Virus record (IMG/VR): IMGVR_UViG_3300024258_000005
Strand: one strand, 5' to 3'
Source of the DNA: a virus
DNA: 64,000 bases
The translations under genes and the position numbers were made by a program. The notes under the pieces are model-generated. The model searched no databases and had not been told where the DNA came from. It was given only the letters and a program-made list of their open reading frames with translations. Below, piece after piece: positions 1 to 10,639 of this stretch. Each line of letters opens with the position of its first letter. Position 1 is the stretch's first letter.

Positions 1-1736
1 TGATTTGTCTTAACTGGGATCCGTCCTTTTAAGGCAACAAAAATATAATCTTTTGTTCTAACTGAAGCATTAAGTTCAAGCCCTGGTGAAGTAGAAACAA
101 CACCCGCTAATGGTAATTCAGGATTATACAAAGTAACTTCTGTATCTATACCAATACTAAGAACCGTACCTGGCTCATATTGTAAATCACTTTCGTATTT
201 TTCAGCTAAATCTGCATACTCTGCAGATGTCGCAACACCTTCAAATTTACCACCATCTGTTTTAAAATCAAATGCTGTAACTCTGCCTGAGAAAGTACCA
301 TTTGCACCATTCTTAAGAGAATATGTATTATTTAAATCTAAATCACCACCTAATAATAATCCACCTGCTGCAGTAATTTTACCAGTACTTGTAAAAGTAC
401 CAGCATTTTCAAAATTACCATGTACATACATATTTCTCAAAACATCTAAATCTCTTCCAAGATAAGTATCTTTACCAGTTATTTGATGAATCTCATCGTT
501 GAATGTTGCTTCGCCTGTTAAAGTCATATCACCTGCATTCGTAACAATAAATTTTACATCACCAAGCTTCTCAATAAAAATTGAATTTTCAGTTTGAATG
601 TCACCAACTACTGTTAAGTATCCACCTACTGTTAAGTATCCACCTACTGTTAAATAATTACCAACTGTAAAGTATTCACTGATAGTACCAAAACCATCAA
701 GTATATTAAGATTACCTAATCCAGTAATTTCGATATCTCCAGCTGCTGTAGCGATACCAGTAGTAACATCTAATCGGCCATCACCAGTACTAATATCACC
801 TGTACCTGTACTAATATTACCAGCTCCTGTATTAACAAAACCATTATTAGTTGAAGTAACACCATCTCTAATAAAACTTAAACCTCTAGTAATATCTAAA
901 TTACCATTTGAAGCAACTATATTACCAATGTCAGTTCTGATTTCACCATCAACTGTTGTAATATGACCTTGTCCACCAACATTAACAAAACCACCACCAG
1001 CATTACTTCTAAAACCAGTATTAACATGACAATATCCAAGTGAACTTAGAATATTACCGTTTGTTGTTAATGAATTATCTGATGAATTGGTTGAATTAAT
1101 AGTAACTTTTCCAGTAGTATCAACTTTAAAAAATGTTTGAACTTCAAATGTTCCAGGTAGATAAACTATATTAAAACGACTAGCATCACCAATAGTTAAA
1201 AGGTGAGTATTTTCATTCATATTTAAAATAGTTTGATCTTTATACCACATTGATAAAGCATCAATATATAACCAATCTCTATTTACTTGAAGATTTTCTA
1301 TATCGTAACCTGTTAAAAGCCCTTCTACATAAGTAGGCGATTTAATAGGACCGGTAAAGTATTCTAATTTTTTTAGATGTAATATTTCAGCAGTATCTTC
1401 TATGATGGCATCAGCTCTACGACTTTCTTTTCGAAGTTGACCTAAAGCAAAATAATTTTTAGATAATTCATCAACTGTTAAATCTTTAAGAGCACCAACA
1501 TTTATTTCAAGTTGAAGCATATCAGCTCTAAGTAATTCATTTGAATTATGTGTAACTTCTAATAGTTTTGTAACTATTATTTTGTAATCATTTTCTAGCT
1601 TATACGATAATTCGTCACTCTGCTCATAATAAGCAGCAACATCATTCGTAAGGCCTTGAATATTACTTTTTAATTTAGCCTCGTTAAATTTTAGGGCATT
1701 TAAAGTTGCTACTTCTTGCAGTATTGACTTTGACAT
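1..1736 (-). CDS. Tail fibre protein (3' end runs off the window; absent from the ORF track)
   Basis: Manual translation from ATG at 1736 (MSKSILQEVATLN...) stays open to position 1. It has a coiled-coil N-terminus, short Gly-rich beta repeats (GDISTG, GYLTVG x3 at about 610-663) and a C-terminal AEYADLAEKYESDLQYEPGTVLSIG...VALKGRIPVK motif typical of phage fibre C-terminal chaperone-like domains. Confidence 0.75.
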   Translation of the reverse strand, partial: MSKSILQEVATLNALKFNEAKLKSNIQGLTNDVAAYYEQSDELSYKLENDYKIIVTKLLEVTHNSNELLRADMLQLEINVGALKDLTVDELSKNYFALGQLRKESRRADAIIEDTAEILHLKKLEYFTGPIKSPTYVEGLLTGYDIENLQVNRDWLYIDALSMWYKDQTILNMNENTHLLTIGDASRFNIVYLPGTFEVQTFFKVDTTGKVTINSTNSSDNSLTTNGNILSSLGYCHVNTGFRSNAGGGFVNVGGQGHITTVDGEIRTDIGNIVASNGNLDITRGLSFIRDGVTSTNNGFVNTGAGNISTGTGDISTGDGRLDVTTGIATAAGDIEITGLGNLNILDGFGTISEYFTVGNYLTVGGYLTVGGYLTVVGDIQTENSIFIEKLGDVKFIVTNAGDMTLTGEATFNDEIHQITGKDTYLGRDLDVLRNMYVHGNFENAGTFTSTGKITAAGGLLLGGDLDLNNTYSLKNGANGTFSGRVTAFDFKTDGGKFEGVATSAEYADLAEKYESDLQYEPGTVLSIGIDTEVTLYNPELPLAGVVSTSPGLELNASVRTKDYIFVALKGRIPVKTN

Positions 1737-1748
1737 TATCCATCCTTT

Positions 1749-2210
1749 TTATATTCCATATGTTTTTGATATATTTTCTATACTTTGAAGAATTATTCTA
1801 CAAGCTCTAGCAGGCGATAAATCAACCTGTACTGTATTTTCATTTATAATTGTTATTGGCACTATCGAATTTTGCCATCCAGCTGTTTCCAATACCCAAA
1901 TATTATATTGAAAAAATTCAGTATCTAAATTATGATTAAATATATGTTGTACATTTACAGCACCTTCATACATTACATTATTATCATTTATATTATTTAT
2001 AACTCTTTCTACTTCAAGTGAATCAGTTCCAGTTCCAGTTGATAAAGTATCAACTACTGCTAATGCATCTGCTAAGTTATTAACACCTGCTAAGTTACCC
2101 ACACCAGGCGCAGTATTTATTGTATTAGATATTACACTTTTAAATCTAAGGTCTGATGCTTTTACATTTTGAACAATGCCATCTGAATTAGTTACATCTA
2201 TATATCTCAT
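1749..2210 (-). CDS. Hypothetical protein, probably virion/tail associated
   Basis: 153 aa ORF with RBS, coupled between the structural gene and the fibre gene. No family recognised. Confidence 0.55.
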   Translation of the reverse strand: MRYIDVTNSDGIVQNVKASDLRFKSVISNTINTAPGVGNLAGVNNLADALAVVDTLSTGTGTDSLEVERVINNINDNNVMYEGAVNVQHIFNHNLDTEFFQYNIWVLETAGWQNSIVPITIINENTVQVDLSPARACRIILQSIENISKTYGI

Positions 2211-2620
2211 GCAAATACCTCATTATAACCCACGTAATTAAGCGTTAATACTGAGTTATCAGTAATCCATTGACTTGGTATATTTAAAGCTGTAATATCA
2301 AAGTATAAGTGATTATCAACCATATGCTGAGAAAGTTCCTCATTGATTTCAATATCTCCAATACCATTAAAATATATATTATCTATATAAACTACTTTGT
2401 TTGGAAATGGTATACTTAGTATACCATCATCGATTGTTAATCCTGTAATAACTTTATCTTTATAATGCACGAAGTCAAATTCTGAGACAAAAGTGTGAAA
2501 TAATTCCTTAACTGATAATCCTTCTAGGCTATCAGTATTCTTAGAGATTATTGTTCCATCTCTAATACCTGAAACAATAGTTCTAACTATTGTTTCATAA
2601 TTATCTATTATTACACTCAT
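2207..2620 (-). CDS. Hypothetical protein
   Basis: 137 aa ORF, 4-nt overlap with the downstream gene, AAGGA RBS. Confidence 0.55.
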   Translation of the reverse strand: MSVIIDNYETIVRTIVSGIRDGTIISKNTDSLEGLSVKELFHTFVSEFDFVHYKDKVITGLTIDDGILSIPFPNKVVYIDNIYFNGIGDIEINEELSQHMVDNHLYFDITALNIPSQWITDNSVLTLNYVGYNEVFA

Positions 2621-2643
2621 AACAATCCTTTCTTTTATTAAAA

Positions 2644-5600
2644 TTATTGAACTATAATATCTACTTTACCTTTAACAACACTACCATCAGATTCATCTGC
2701 ACCATCTGTACCAGTACCGATTGAAATAGTACCATCAGTGATATAATAGTCAAATGTATCATTACCAGTATATCCTAAAGTAGGCTCGTAAACAATTTCA
2801 CCAGGAACAGCAGGAACTTGTCCCATAATACCTTGAGTAAAACTAATTGTACCATGGGCTGGTTGAGTAACTGACATTATTACAATTTCTTCATTACCTG
2901 TATGACCATCATTAGATAAAGGATTTAAAATATTATTAGCTGAACTAACAGAAACAACATAATTATCAGGAACTGTATAAGGACCAGTAACTTCAACAGT
3001 AATAGTTCCAAAACCAATTTTACCTTCTGTATCTGTAATAGAATATCCGAAGATATCTGGACCAGCATACTCAGTATCAGGAATATATGAAACACCACCT
3101 GTAATTGTAATTACTCCACTTGTTGCACCACCTAATGAATTAAGTAAAGTATAAGCACTCATATCAACATTACCTGGAATCATTGTAAATAGTTTATTAT
3201 TTTCAACTACAAATGGAATATTTTGAACACCATCATTTAGTACATAATTTTCTAAATCAATATCATCTAGTATAGTAGGTTCAAATAAGAATCTAGTAGA
3301 TAATATACTTGTACCATGATTTGCATTATTAACAGAATACATACTAATAGTATCACCTGTACCATGACCATCATTAACCATAACATCAATGAATTGAGCA
3401 CCTGAATTTTTAGAAACTATAAATCCATCAGGACTAGTATAAGGACCACAAGGAGAACTAATTAAGTTAGTAGCTAAGCCACCATAAGTAGTTTCAAAAT
3501 CATCACAACCATATCTATATGTACCAATTTTTTGATTAGCATAACCGCCATCATCAAAGTTTATATCACCTTCAATAATAGGAGATATATTAGGGAAATA
3601 TTCAGCACGAATTTTATTATATTCAGTTGTATAATTACTAATAAAAGTATTATTTGCTGTCACATAATTTTCAATTCTATTTACTTCACCTAATGCAGAA
3701 ACTTGTTCGATAATAGTACTTTGTTCATTATTCTGAACAGCTTCATAAAGAGTCTGAGCTTTAATTAAATCAGAATTTAATCTATTAACTAAAATAAGAC
3801 GCTTCTGTAATCTATCTGTAATATATGTATAGTTAAAGATTACACGTTGGTAATCATCCATCTGAAATATATCTAATTTATTACTATCTGCATTCATAAT
3901 ATTACCAGCAGCTAAATCTTTAGTTGTTTCAGCTAAATCAATTGCAGCTGAGTTGTCCCCTAATTCAATAGTATCAATAATATTTTGTTCAGTTTCTCTA
4001 TCAATTAAAATATCAATACCTGCATTATATAAATTCATTTCTTCTAACATAGCTTTTAATTTATTAATCTCAGTTACTTGTGTAAAATAAGATTCTTTTG
4101 CTACTAGTTGTGAATCACTTATAGTTGTAATATTATCACCAGCTATATCAACAACACTACCAACACCTGAATCATAATTAAAAATATCATTATTTATAAG
4201 TTGATAATTTTCAAAGTTATCAATATTATTATAATCATCTCCAAGCTTATATCTAGCAATTTGCAACTCTAAAGTTAAAATATCAAACTGATTAGTAGTT
4301 CCAGATACTTTAAAAGAAGCAATAAAATTACTCAATTCAGTTTCTTTTGCTTGTAAAAGAATTTCAATATCAGCAATAGATTCATTTATCATATTACGAA
4401 TATTTTTAAGATTATTAAATCCTAGGACATTAGTTTTAATATCTAATTGTTGACCAGTACTAAATGTTCCCATATCTATAAAGTCTAATCCAAGATCAGT
4501 ATCAATAATATTTTTAGAATTAAAACCTTCTGCAAAATATTTTACTAAAATATTGTACATTAGATATGTGAATTCATAAGAATACAAAGGGTTTGAATAG
4601 TTAAAGAAGAACGCATTAACCTCGGGAGCATTGTTATCACCGACACGTATAGTAGTATCTGCAACTTTATTTTGTAATTTAATATTTCTTTCCTGAAGAG
4701 TATTAATTTCTATTGTAGCATTAATAACTGATTCATTTGCTTCATATTCTCTTTGGTATTCATCATATGTTCCAAAAAGACTAATTAAATTTTGTGTACC
4801 TATTTCAGCACTATGGTCAATATTTAAAACAATTTGATTACAAGCTGTAGCATATCCAACTCTAACAGAACTTGGATAATAACGGTTTGAAATTCTACCA
4901 GAGCTATCACTTAGAACATAGTTATCAATTGTACGAATTTGATTTTGTGATTCAAATAAACTAGTAGCATCTTCTAAGAAGTAATGTGTACCAGGCACCA
5001 TTGTTAAAAGTTGATGATCAGGAGGAAGGTTGTATTTTACAGCATCTAATGTAATATAACCACCAGTATATATTAAGTGATTTCCTTCATTATATTCATT
5101 TAAATACATTCCAATAACTTGACTAAACTTTTGTCTAGAAGCAACTGATCGTTTATATGTACCGGACTCATCATCAAAGTAACACATATCACCAGAACGA
5201 AGATCTTCTTCTTCTGAGAATTGTGGATCAGATGCTTTATGCAATTGTTCTTCCGCTACGGCAATAAAGTTTGCTGATGTTAATCCCATTGAACTATAAA
5301 TTGCCCTTGACTGATTACCAAAGTATTCGAAAAGTAGTTTATAATTTTGAATATAAAGTTTAGATAAATACTGAGGATCTATACCATTTACAATAGCACC
5401 AGGGGTTGCAGGATTTGATTGAATAATTTGACGAGCTTCTGTATTTTCATCATCTATTATATCAGAACTAGTAGCAAATGTAGCTATCAGTAATCCAGGC
5501 TTACCTGAAAATACAGTAGTTGAATTATTACCATCTAAACTCTTATCATTAAAATCACAACTTACAACATTAGAATCTTCAATACGAGGAAAATGTAAAC

Positions 5601-6048
5601 TTGCATAATCGATAAATCTAATTTTTGCAATATTATCTTGGCGTTGTTCAATATAATCATATTCAATAACTATACCATATTTAGTATCAGGAATAAAATC
5701 AGTATTTGAAAATACAAAATAAGTATCTTCAAATATATCAATTAGTTGATTATCAACCATACATACACCGGCTTCAATCTTAAATATATTACTAATTACA
5801 TTTGGGTCAGTTGGATACTCACCAGGAATATCAACTTCATTCACTGTTATTCCAAAACCATTAATATATGTTACAACAGTTTCTCTAGCAGGAGTATTTC
5901 TAAATGTTGAAAATGTTCTAGCAACCATTCTTAAATAATCATTTTGTTTTCTATCGTTTGGTCCTAAACCATGCTTCTGATAAGTACCTTGTTCAGAAGT
6001 GGTAGGATTAATATTAGTTTGTATTCCATTAATTGACAAGATTGGCAT
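2644..6048 (-). CDS. Large virion structural protein with C-terminal Ig-like (Big_9/cadherin-like) repeats
   Basis: 1134 aa. The C-terminus has repeated V/P-x-x-NDG...S-V-x-x-x-x-HGT...Y-x-P-x-x-x-Y-x-G-x-D-x-F-x-Y-x-I-T-D-G-type modules typical of Big_9. There is a central coiled coil and a GDxxYFD...IG...G.I...PG..YFL...G.I...P...VGYA module seen in fibre/decoration proteins. Confidence 0.65.
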   Translation of the reverse strand: MPILSINGIQTNINPTTSEQGTYQKHGLGPNDRKQNDYLRMVARTFSTFRNTPARETVVTYINGFGITVNEVDIPGEYPTDPNVISNIFKIEAGVCMVDNQLIDIFEDTYFVFSNTDFIPDTKYGIVIEYDYIEQRQDNIAKIRFIDYASLHFPRIEDSNVVSCDFNDKSLDGNNSTTVFSGKPGLLIATFATSSDIIDDENTEARQIIQSNPATPGAIVNGIDPQYLSKLYIQNYKLLFEYFGNQSRAIYSSMGLTSANFIAVAEEQLHKASDPQFSEEEDLRSGDMCYFDDESGTYKRSVASRQKFSQVIGMYLNEYNEGNHLIYTGGYITLDAVKYNLPPDHQLLTMVPGTHYFLEDATSLFESQNQIRTIDNYVLSDSSGRISNRYYPSSVRVGYATACNQIVLNIDHSAEIGTQNLISLFGTYDEYQREYEANESVINATIEINTLQERNIKLQNKVADTTIRVGDNNAPEVNAFFFNYSNPLYSYEFTYLMYNILVKYFAEGFNSKNIIDTDLGLDFIDMGTFSTGQQLDIKTNVLGFNNLKNIRNMINESIADIEILLQAKETELSNFIASFKVSGTTNQFDILTLELQIARYKLGDDYNNIDNFENYQLINNDIFNYDSGVGSVVDIAGDNITTISDSQLVAKESYFTQVTEINKLKAMLEEMNLYNAGIDILIDRETEQNIIDTIELGDNSAAIDLAETTKDLAAGNIMNADSNKLDIFQMDDYQRVIFNYTYITDRLQKRLILVNRLNSDLIKAQTLYEAVQNNEQSTIIEQVSALGEVNRIENYVTANNTFISNYTTEYNKIRAEYFPNISPIIEGDINFDDGGYANQKIGTYRYGCDDFETTYGGLATNLISSPCGPYTSPDGFIVSKNSGAQFIDVMVNDGHGTGDTISMYSVNNANHGTSILSTRFLFEPTILDDIDLENYVLNDGVQNIPFVVENNKLFTMIPGNVDMSAYTLLNSLGGATSGVITITGGVSYIPDTEYAGPDIFGYSITDTEGKIGFGTITVEVTGPYTVPDNYVVSVSSANNILNPLSNDGHTGNEEIVIMSVTQPAHGTISFTQGIMGQVPAVPGEIVYEPTLGYTGNDTFDYYITDGTISIGTGTDGADESDGSVVKGKVDIIVQ

Positions 6049-6582
6049 TTATTGTCCTTTTATTTTATCTTTTGCTATATTTTTTTCTAAAGAAGAATTA
6101 TAAACTTCAAGTATGTCAATTAATTCTAGTTCGATTTGACCCAGAAGTTTGTAAACAACTGGAGTACTAATTGTAAATATTAATTCATTTAGTACATTTA
6201 GATATTGTGAGTAATGAGATAGATTTGCAATTAAATCCATATTCTCAGCACTTGTATCGTTCTTTATATTATCTTGAAGAATATCTATCTTTCCAGATAA
6301 ATCAATAAGCTTATCATATAAAGTGAACTGAAGAAATTTATCTTCAGTTCCTTCTAATTCATATGTAAACAGTTCTTCTTCTGTTGGCTGAACTTCTTGA
6401 CCTTCTTCTTCTTCAGGTGCATCTTCCGCCGATTCTTCAGGTGCATCTTCCGCCGATTCTTCAGGTGCATCTTCCGCTGATGCATCTAATTCATCGTCTG
6501 AATTTAGTTCTTCAGCCTCTAACAGTAACAACAAAGGAAGATTAACCTCTTCCAATATTAGTCTCTGATTATAATTTAACAT
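6049..6582 (-). CDS. Acidic protein with LILE leader (putative head/core protein)
   Basis: Starts MLNYNQRLILEE; very Glu/Asp-rich with ESAEDAPE repeats; AACAAATA motif 36 nt upstream. Confidence 0.5.
   Translation of the reverse strand: MLNYNQRLILEEVNLPLLLLLEAEELNSDDELDASAEDAPEESAEDAPEESAEDAPEEEEGQEVQPTEEELFTYELEGTEDKFLQFTLYDKLIDLSGKIDILQDNIKNDTSAENMDLIANLSHYSQYLNVLNELIFTISTPVVYKLLGQIELELIDILEVYNSSLEKNIAKDKIKGQ
6409..6480. repeat. 24-bp tandem repeat x3 (in-frame ESAEDAPE-type)
   Basis: ttcttcaggtgcatcttccgccga repeated three times, one mismatch in the last copy. Confidence 0.95.
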
Positions 6583-6617
6583 TAATCATCCTTTCTTGTT
6601 ATTTATTTTATATCTAG

Positions 6618-6625
6618 TATTTGTT
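6618..6625 (-). promoter_or_regulatory. Putative late promoter core AACAAATA
   Basis: The same motif recurs roughly 20-90 nt upstream of many structural/lysis gene starts (16005, 23021, 25694, 26488, 30207, 48988, 50594). Confidence 0.5.
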
Positions 6626-6646
6626 AGAGACCTAAGTCCCTAACGT

Positions 6647-8356
6647 TTAATAAATTTTATAGAATACTATATTACCAGAATCATATATTTTTCGGAAATC
6701 ATTATTATACATATTAACAGTTTCCGTTAATTCAGCGTTAAATATTGGTAATATTTTATGAAGCTTATGCTTTTGATACTTATTTCTTGATTCTAATAGA
6801 TTCTGATTCTCTGGTTTAAAATAGAAATAATTTGGTTGAGATATATGACTAAAGATGAATCCAATTGTCTTATATAAATGTCCAGTGCTCCATCTTCGAT
6901 TAGCATATGTTACTAAGCTTACTGGGTTTATTGTTTTTTCAAAATGTTTTAGTAGTTTAGAAGCTGCTCCTAATACTGTATGGTTAAGTTTAGAGCAAAA
7001 TCTTATTAATTCATATTCGTATTGTTTAGACATTCTAGCTTTACCAAACGTCATCAAAGATACTAATTCATCTTTATAATAAAGACCGTATCGGAATTTA
7101 GCATTACCATGTCCTTGTAAATGATTAAGGTCTTCGAATTCTCTAGCTGTTTTTGCGTCAACATCTTTTATAACTGTTTTTCTTCCAAATATTCTAGTAG
7201 TTCTTCCCATCTTAGAATTTATAACGCTTTTCCATATATCTTGTTTTGTATCCCATTCATTTTCAAAAATTTGAAATAATTGAATTTCTTTATTCTCTAC
7301 TAATTCAGTTTTATCTAAATGTCTTTTTTTATTTTCTGTTGGATTATTAAACATTGAATATTTACTAATTCCTTGAGAATGAAACATTAATCCATTATAT
7401 TCGATAGCAAAATTATTTGGAACTAATATATCTAATTCTTTATTGATTAAAGTCCTATCACCTTGAATTGTTTCATCTGAATCGATAAACTCAATTATTT
7501 CTGTTTCAGCTTCACTATTACCAGTACGTTTCGTAAATTCAATATTTAATTCTTCAAATTTTTTATAAACAATTGAAGAACTACAATTAAAATAAGCTCT
7601 AAATTTTTTACTTAATATATGCTTCTGACTATCTAAGAAATTTTTTTCTATATAATCCGCATCATTCCAAAATATAGAATTATCTATTTTAGTTTCTATT
7701 ATTTTTAGTTGAACATCTTTTGATCCAAACGGTGAGTTAGAATTAAATTTTAACATATTGTTTTGATTTCTTATCTCCTGAACCAGTTTTGATTGGTACG
7801 GATAATCGCTACTATATCTTAAATTATTAGTATTTTTTATTTTATTTGAAATTATGGTGGACATAGAAGCTACTTCATTACCAAATAATTTTAAATTTGT
7901 TTTTTTAATTTTTGTAATTATTTCTGAATTTGAAAATACACACTTTGTTCCATATTTTTCTAAATTTGTTTTAATCACTTGATCTTTTTTCTCTTGAGTG
8001 GAGTTAACAGATTCTACCCCATACTTTAATATACAAGTTTCTTTTATTTTTTGTTTAACTTGTTTACTTTTGCTCATACATTTAACACAACAATAATCCT
8101 TAAATTTATAATTTTGTTTGTTAAATTCTACTTGGTTATTGCAATTGTGATTCTTACAAATTAAATCATTATTAGATAATTCTTGTTTGATTATTTGATA
8201 TCTGATTTTTATATCATTTGTTATATAAAAATCAGTATAATTAAAAAGTATTTTTAAAGCAATTTGAATTTCTGTATCGTTTTTATATTTAGCAGATTCT
8301 AAATTATTTTTTAATCTTCCAGAATTTAATAATATTTGTATATCATTTATCATCAA
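6647..8356 (-). CDS. Hef-like homing endonuclease (PD-(D/E)XK / Vsr-like) with KYG repeats
   Basis: N-terminal CKxxxCxNxVxF...DYC and KYG repeats; ELDILVPNNFAIEYNGLMFHS nuclease motif; C-terminal NHLQG...YELIRFCSK...GAASKLL...YANRRWS domain as in T4 Hef-like free-standing endonucleases. Confidence 0.8.
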   Translation of the reverse strand: MMINDIQILLNSGRLKNNLESAKYKNDTEIQIALKILFNYTDFYITNDIKIRYQIIKQELSNNDLICKNHNCNNQVEFNKQNYKFKDYCCVKCMSKSKQVKQKIKETCILKYGVESVNSTQEKKDQVIKTNLEKYGTKCVFSNSEIITKIKKTNLKLFGNEVASMSTIISNKIKNTNNLRYSSDYPYQSKLVQEIRNQNNMLKFNSNSPFGSKDVQLKIIETKIDNSIFWNDADYIEKNFLDSQKHILSKKFRAYFNCSSSIVYKKFEELNIEFTKRTGNSEAETEIIEFIDSDETIQGDRTLINKELDILVPNNFAIEYNGLMFHSQGISKYSMFNNPTENKKRHLDKTELVENKEIQLFQIFENEWDTKQDIWKSVINSKMGRTTRIFGRKTVIKDVDAKTAREFEDLNHLQGHGNAKFRYGLYYKDELVSLMTFGKARMSKQYEYELIRFCSKLNHTVLGAASKLLKHFEKTINPVSLVTYANRRWSTGHLYKTIGFIFSHISQPNYFYFKPENQNLLESRNKYQKHKLHKILPIFNAELTETVNMYNNDFRKIYDSGNIVFYKIY

Positions 8357-8415
8357 AATTTCCTTTTTAAATATAATTTCTATACTTAAATTACTTATCT
8401 TGAAAGATAAATAAT

Positions 8416-10635
8416 TTAATATGATTGACCACCATCATCTGAATTCTGCATTAGCATATCTTTAGCTTGCTTCTTAATAAATCCATCACCTGTTTGAATT
8501 AAATCATCCCAGTTCATTTGAGGAATATAAAGCTTCAATAGCTCTTTAGGATCAATTGTAATCTCAGCAGATTTCAACATACCAATAATATTTGTAACTG
8601 AACTAACAAGTGCTTCATTTGCCTGTACTGTTAGTACTAGAGGCGGATTCAAAGAAAACGCATAGTAGTTACTTAATAGGAAATCATTTCTATCGTAATC
8701 ATTATTTTCCAGAACAATAGAGAATATGGAGTTCATCAATTGACTTAATGAATCATCAATGTTACCTTGAAATGAAGAAATAGTAGTAGCAAAACTTGTA
8801 TTAAGATTAACTAATGTTTCTCTTAAATCAACTTGATCGCCGATGTTTAAATAAACAGATGGAATACCAGTAGCTGCAATAAGTTCATTTCTTAAATCAT
8901 TCATATCATTAAGGGGTAAGCTGCGATCACCCATAGGCATAACTTCCATATCAATAAATCTTTGACCATTTACTTGAATAGTTGCTAAGTCACGGAAATC
9001 AGTAATTACCTTACTAATATTCTTAACATTACTTAATGAGTCAAAACTAATACTTTTATTAGAAATATCTTTCTTTACTTTCTCAATGATCTCAGCATGA
9101 TTCTTTTTATTACCTGCCTCAATAGTCCATTTACGAACTACAGATGCTCGTGATAATCTTGAAACAATACTTGACATTAAAGCTAGTGTGTACATCTTAA
9201 CAGGTTGAATAATTGGATCAAATATACTAGTACCATATGGTCCAAACTTATCTACAGATGTACTAAAGTTAATTAGTCTATTAGGAGAAACGAATCTAAA
9301 TTTTAGTTTAGCCCGTTCTTTAATCTTATGATAAAGAATAATCTTGATTGAACTTTCAACTGAATCGCTTAGATTTAATTCATCTAAATTATTAGCATGA
9401 GAATTACTAATTGTACTGTTAAGTTTTTTAACAACGCCTTTAGTCATCTGATCAATAATTTCACCACGAATTTCTTCTTCTGAGTTATTAGTACTCTTTG
9501 AATTATCTTGTTGTGTAAATCTTTTGAATACATCAATTTCAGAACCTTGACCATCACCTACATCTTCAACAATAAGGTAACCATAAAGTATCCCATCTTG
9601 TTCAATTATAATAACTTGATTGGGAGAAACATTTTTAAGGTAGATATCTTGAATAGATGAAAAATCTAAATCATTAATATCATCAAAATTATATTCTGAA
9701 TTTTCACGAGTAATCTCTGAATAATAACCTGTATCAGCTTCTTCTATTTGAGAGCCAATTATTTTCTTACTTAAAAGGTCTTTAAATTGTTGAGCTGGAG
9801 TTGAAACAGGAACAACTTCACCATCCTCAACACTCTCTTCAAGATATTCGCCTTCTTTTTCAACGTACTCTTCTGCGTCTGATTCAAATATACAATATCC
9901 AAAATCCGTTGACTTTGTTTTAGTTTTAACACCAGTAACATAACTTTCAGTGATAAGCTCACGATGTGATGCTATATCAGCTACAGTCTTTAAATTAAGA
10001 ATCTCAATAAAACTATTACCATACTTTAACATATCAGGAACAATTCTATTTTTCATCTTCTTCTGTAAGTCAAAGTACACAGTACTTGTCTTTAAAAAGT
10101 TTTCATAATGCTTACCACTATCTTCTTTAATCGTTTGAAGAAATGCAACATTATTTGGATTTGCATTAATATTTAAAAATTGTTTTGTTTGTACATTTTT
10201 AATAAGAATATTATCAATATATACTTTTAACATACGATATGCAATAAAGTTAATATTTGGAATTTCTTCATAAAATTGATAACGTTTTACACGTTCAGTT
10301 GGTACACTAATTTCACCTAGATTACCAAGGATATCACTATCAGCTGCACCAAGAAGTTTTTTAATATCTTCATCGACTTTTTCATCTTCTGGTCTGTCAT
10401 CTTCTTGTGCATCAGTTCTCTTTTGATATAATTGTTTTGAAAGTTCTTGTACTTCAATACTTTGCATCTTAGAGCTATAAGTATTATATGTATTTAAATT
10501 ACCTACAATATTGTTGTATAAATCGTTAAATTTATCATCCAGATCAGTTAATACTTTAACTGGTTCTAAAATACTTTGAGCAGAATTAGAAGTTGCAACT
10601 TCTTCTTCTGGTTGTTGTTCGTTTTGTCCCCACAT
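8416..10635 (-). CDS. Portal protein (T4 gp20-like)
   Basis: TSIFDPIIQPVKMYTLALMSSIVSRLSRASVVRKWTIEAGN parallels the gp20 SYLHKAIKP..QL..EDA.VIYR..RAP.RRVFYID.GN block; size and location in the head/tail region fit. Confidence 0.8.
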   Translation of the reverse strand: MWGQNEQQPEEEVATSNSAQSILEPVKVLTDLDDKFNDLYNNIVGNLNTYNTYSSKMQSIEVQELSKQLYQKRTDAQEDDRPEDEKVDEDIKKLLGAADSDILGNLGEISVPTERVKRYQFYEEIPNINFIAYRMLKVYIDNILIKNVQTKQFLNINANPNNVAFLQTIKEDSGKHYENFLKTSTVYFDLQKKMKNRIVPDMLKYGNSFIEILNLKTVADIASHRELITESYVTGVKTKTKSTDFGYCIFESDAEEYVEKEGEYLEESVEDGEVVPVSTPAQQFKDLLSKKIIGSQIEEADTGYYSEITRENSEYNFDDINDLDFSSIQDIYLKNVSPNQVIIIEQDGILYGYLIVEDVGDGQGSEIDVFKRFTQQDNSKSTNNSEEEIRGEIIDQMTKGVVKKLNSTISNSHANNLDELNLSDSVESSIKIILYHKIKERAKLKFRFVSPNRLINFSTSVDKFGPYGTSIFDPIIQPVKMYTLALMSSIVSRLSRASVVRKWTIEAGNKKNHAEIIEKVKKDISNKSISFDSLSNVKNISKVITDFRDLATIQVNGQRFIDMEVMPMGDRSLPLNDMNDLRNELIAATGIPSVYLNIGDQVDLRETLVNLNTSFATTISSFQGNIDDSLSQLMNSIFSIVLENNDYDRNDFLLSNYYAFSLNPPLVLTVQANEALVSSVTNIIGMLKSAEITIDPKELLKLYIPQMNWDDLIQTGDGFIKKQAKDMLMQNSDDGGQSY

Positions 10636-10639
10636 TTAA

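Noticed and set aside
6855-7079. Short ORFs from the track lying inside or across longer genes (also 9771, 14448, 18185, 21798, 22410, 23296, 23640, 24018, 26729, 26955, 27238, 27498, 30441, 30945, 32339, 33591, 38901, 40326, 42052, 46262, 46669, 51081, 52733, 54243, 54401, 55253, 60598)
   Set aside because: They lie antisense or out of frame within well-supported genes, show no convincing RBS and have shadow-ORF composition.
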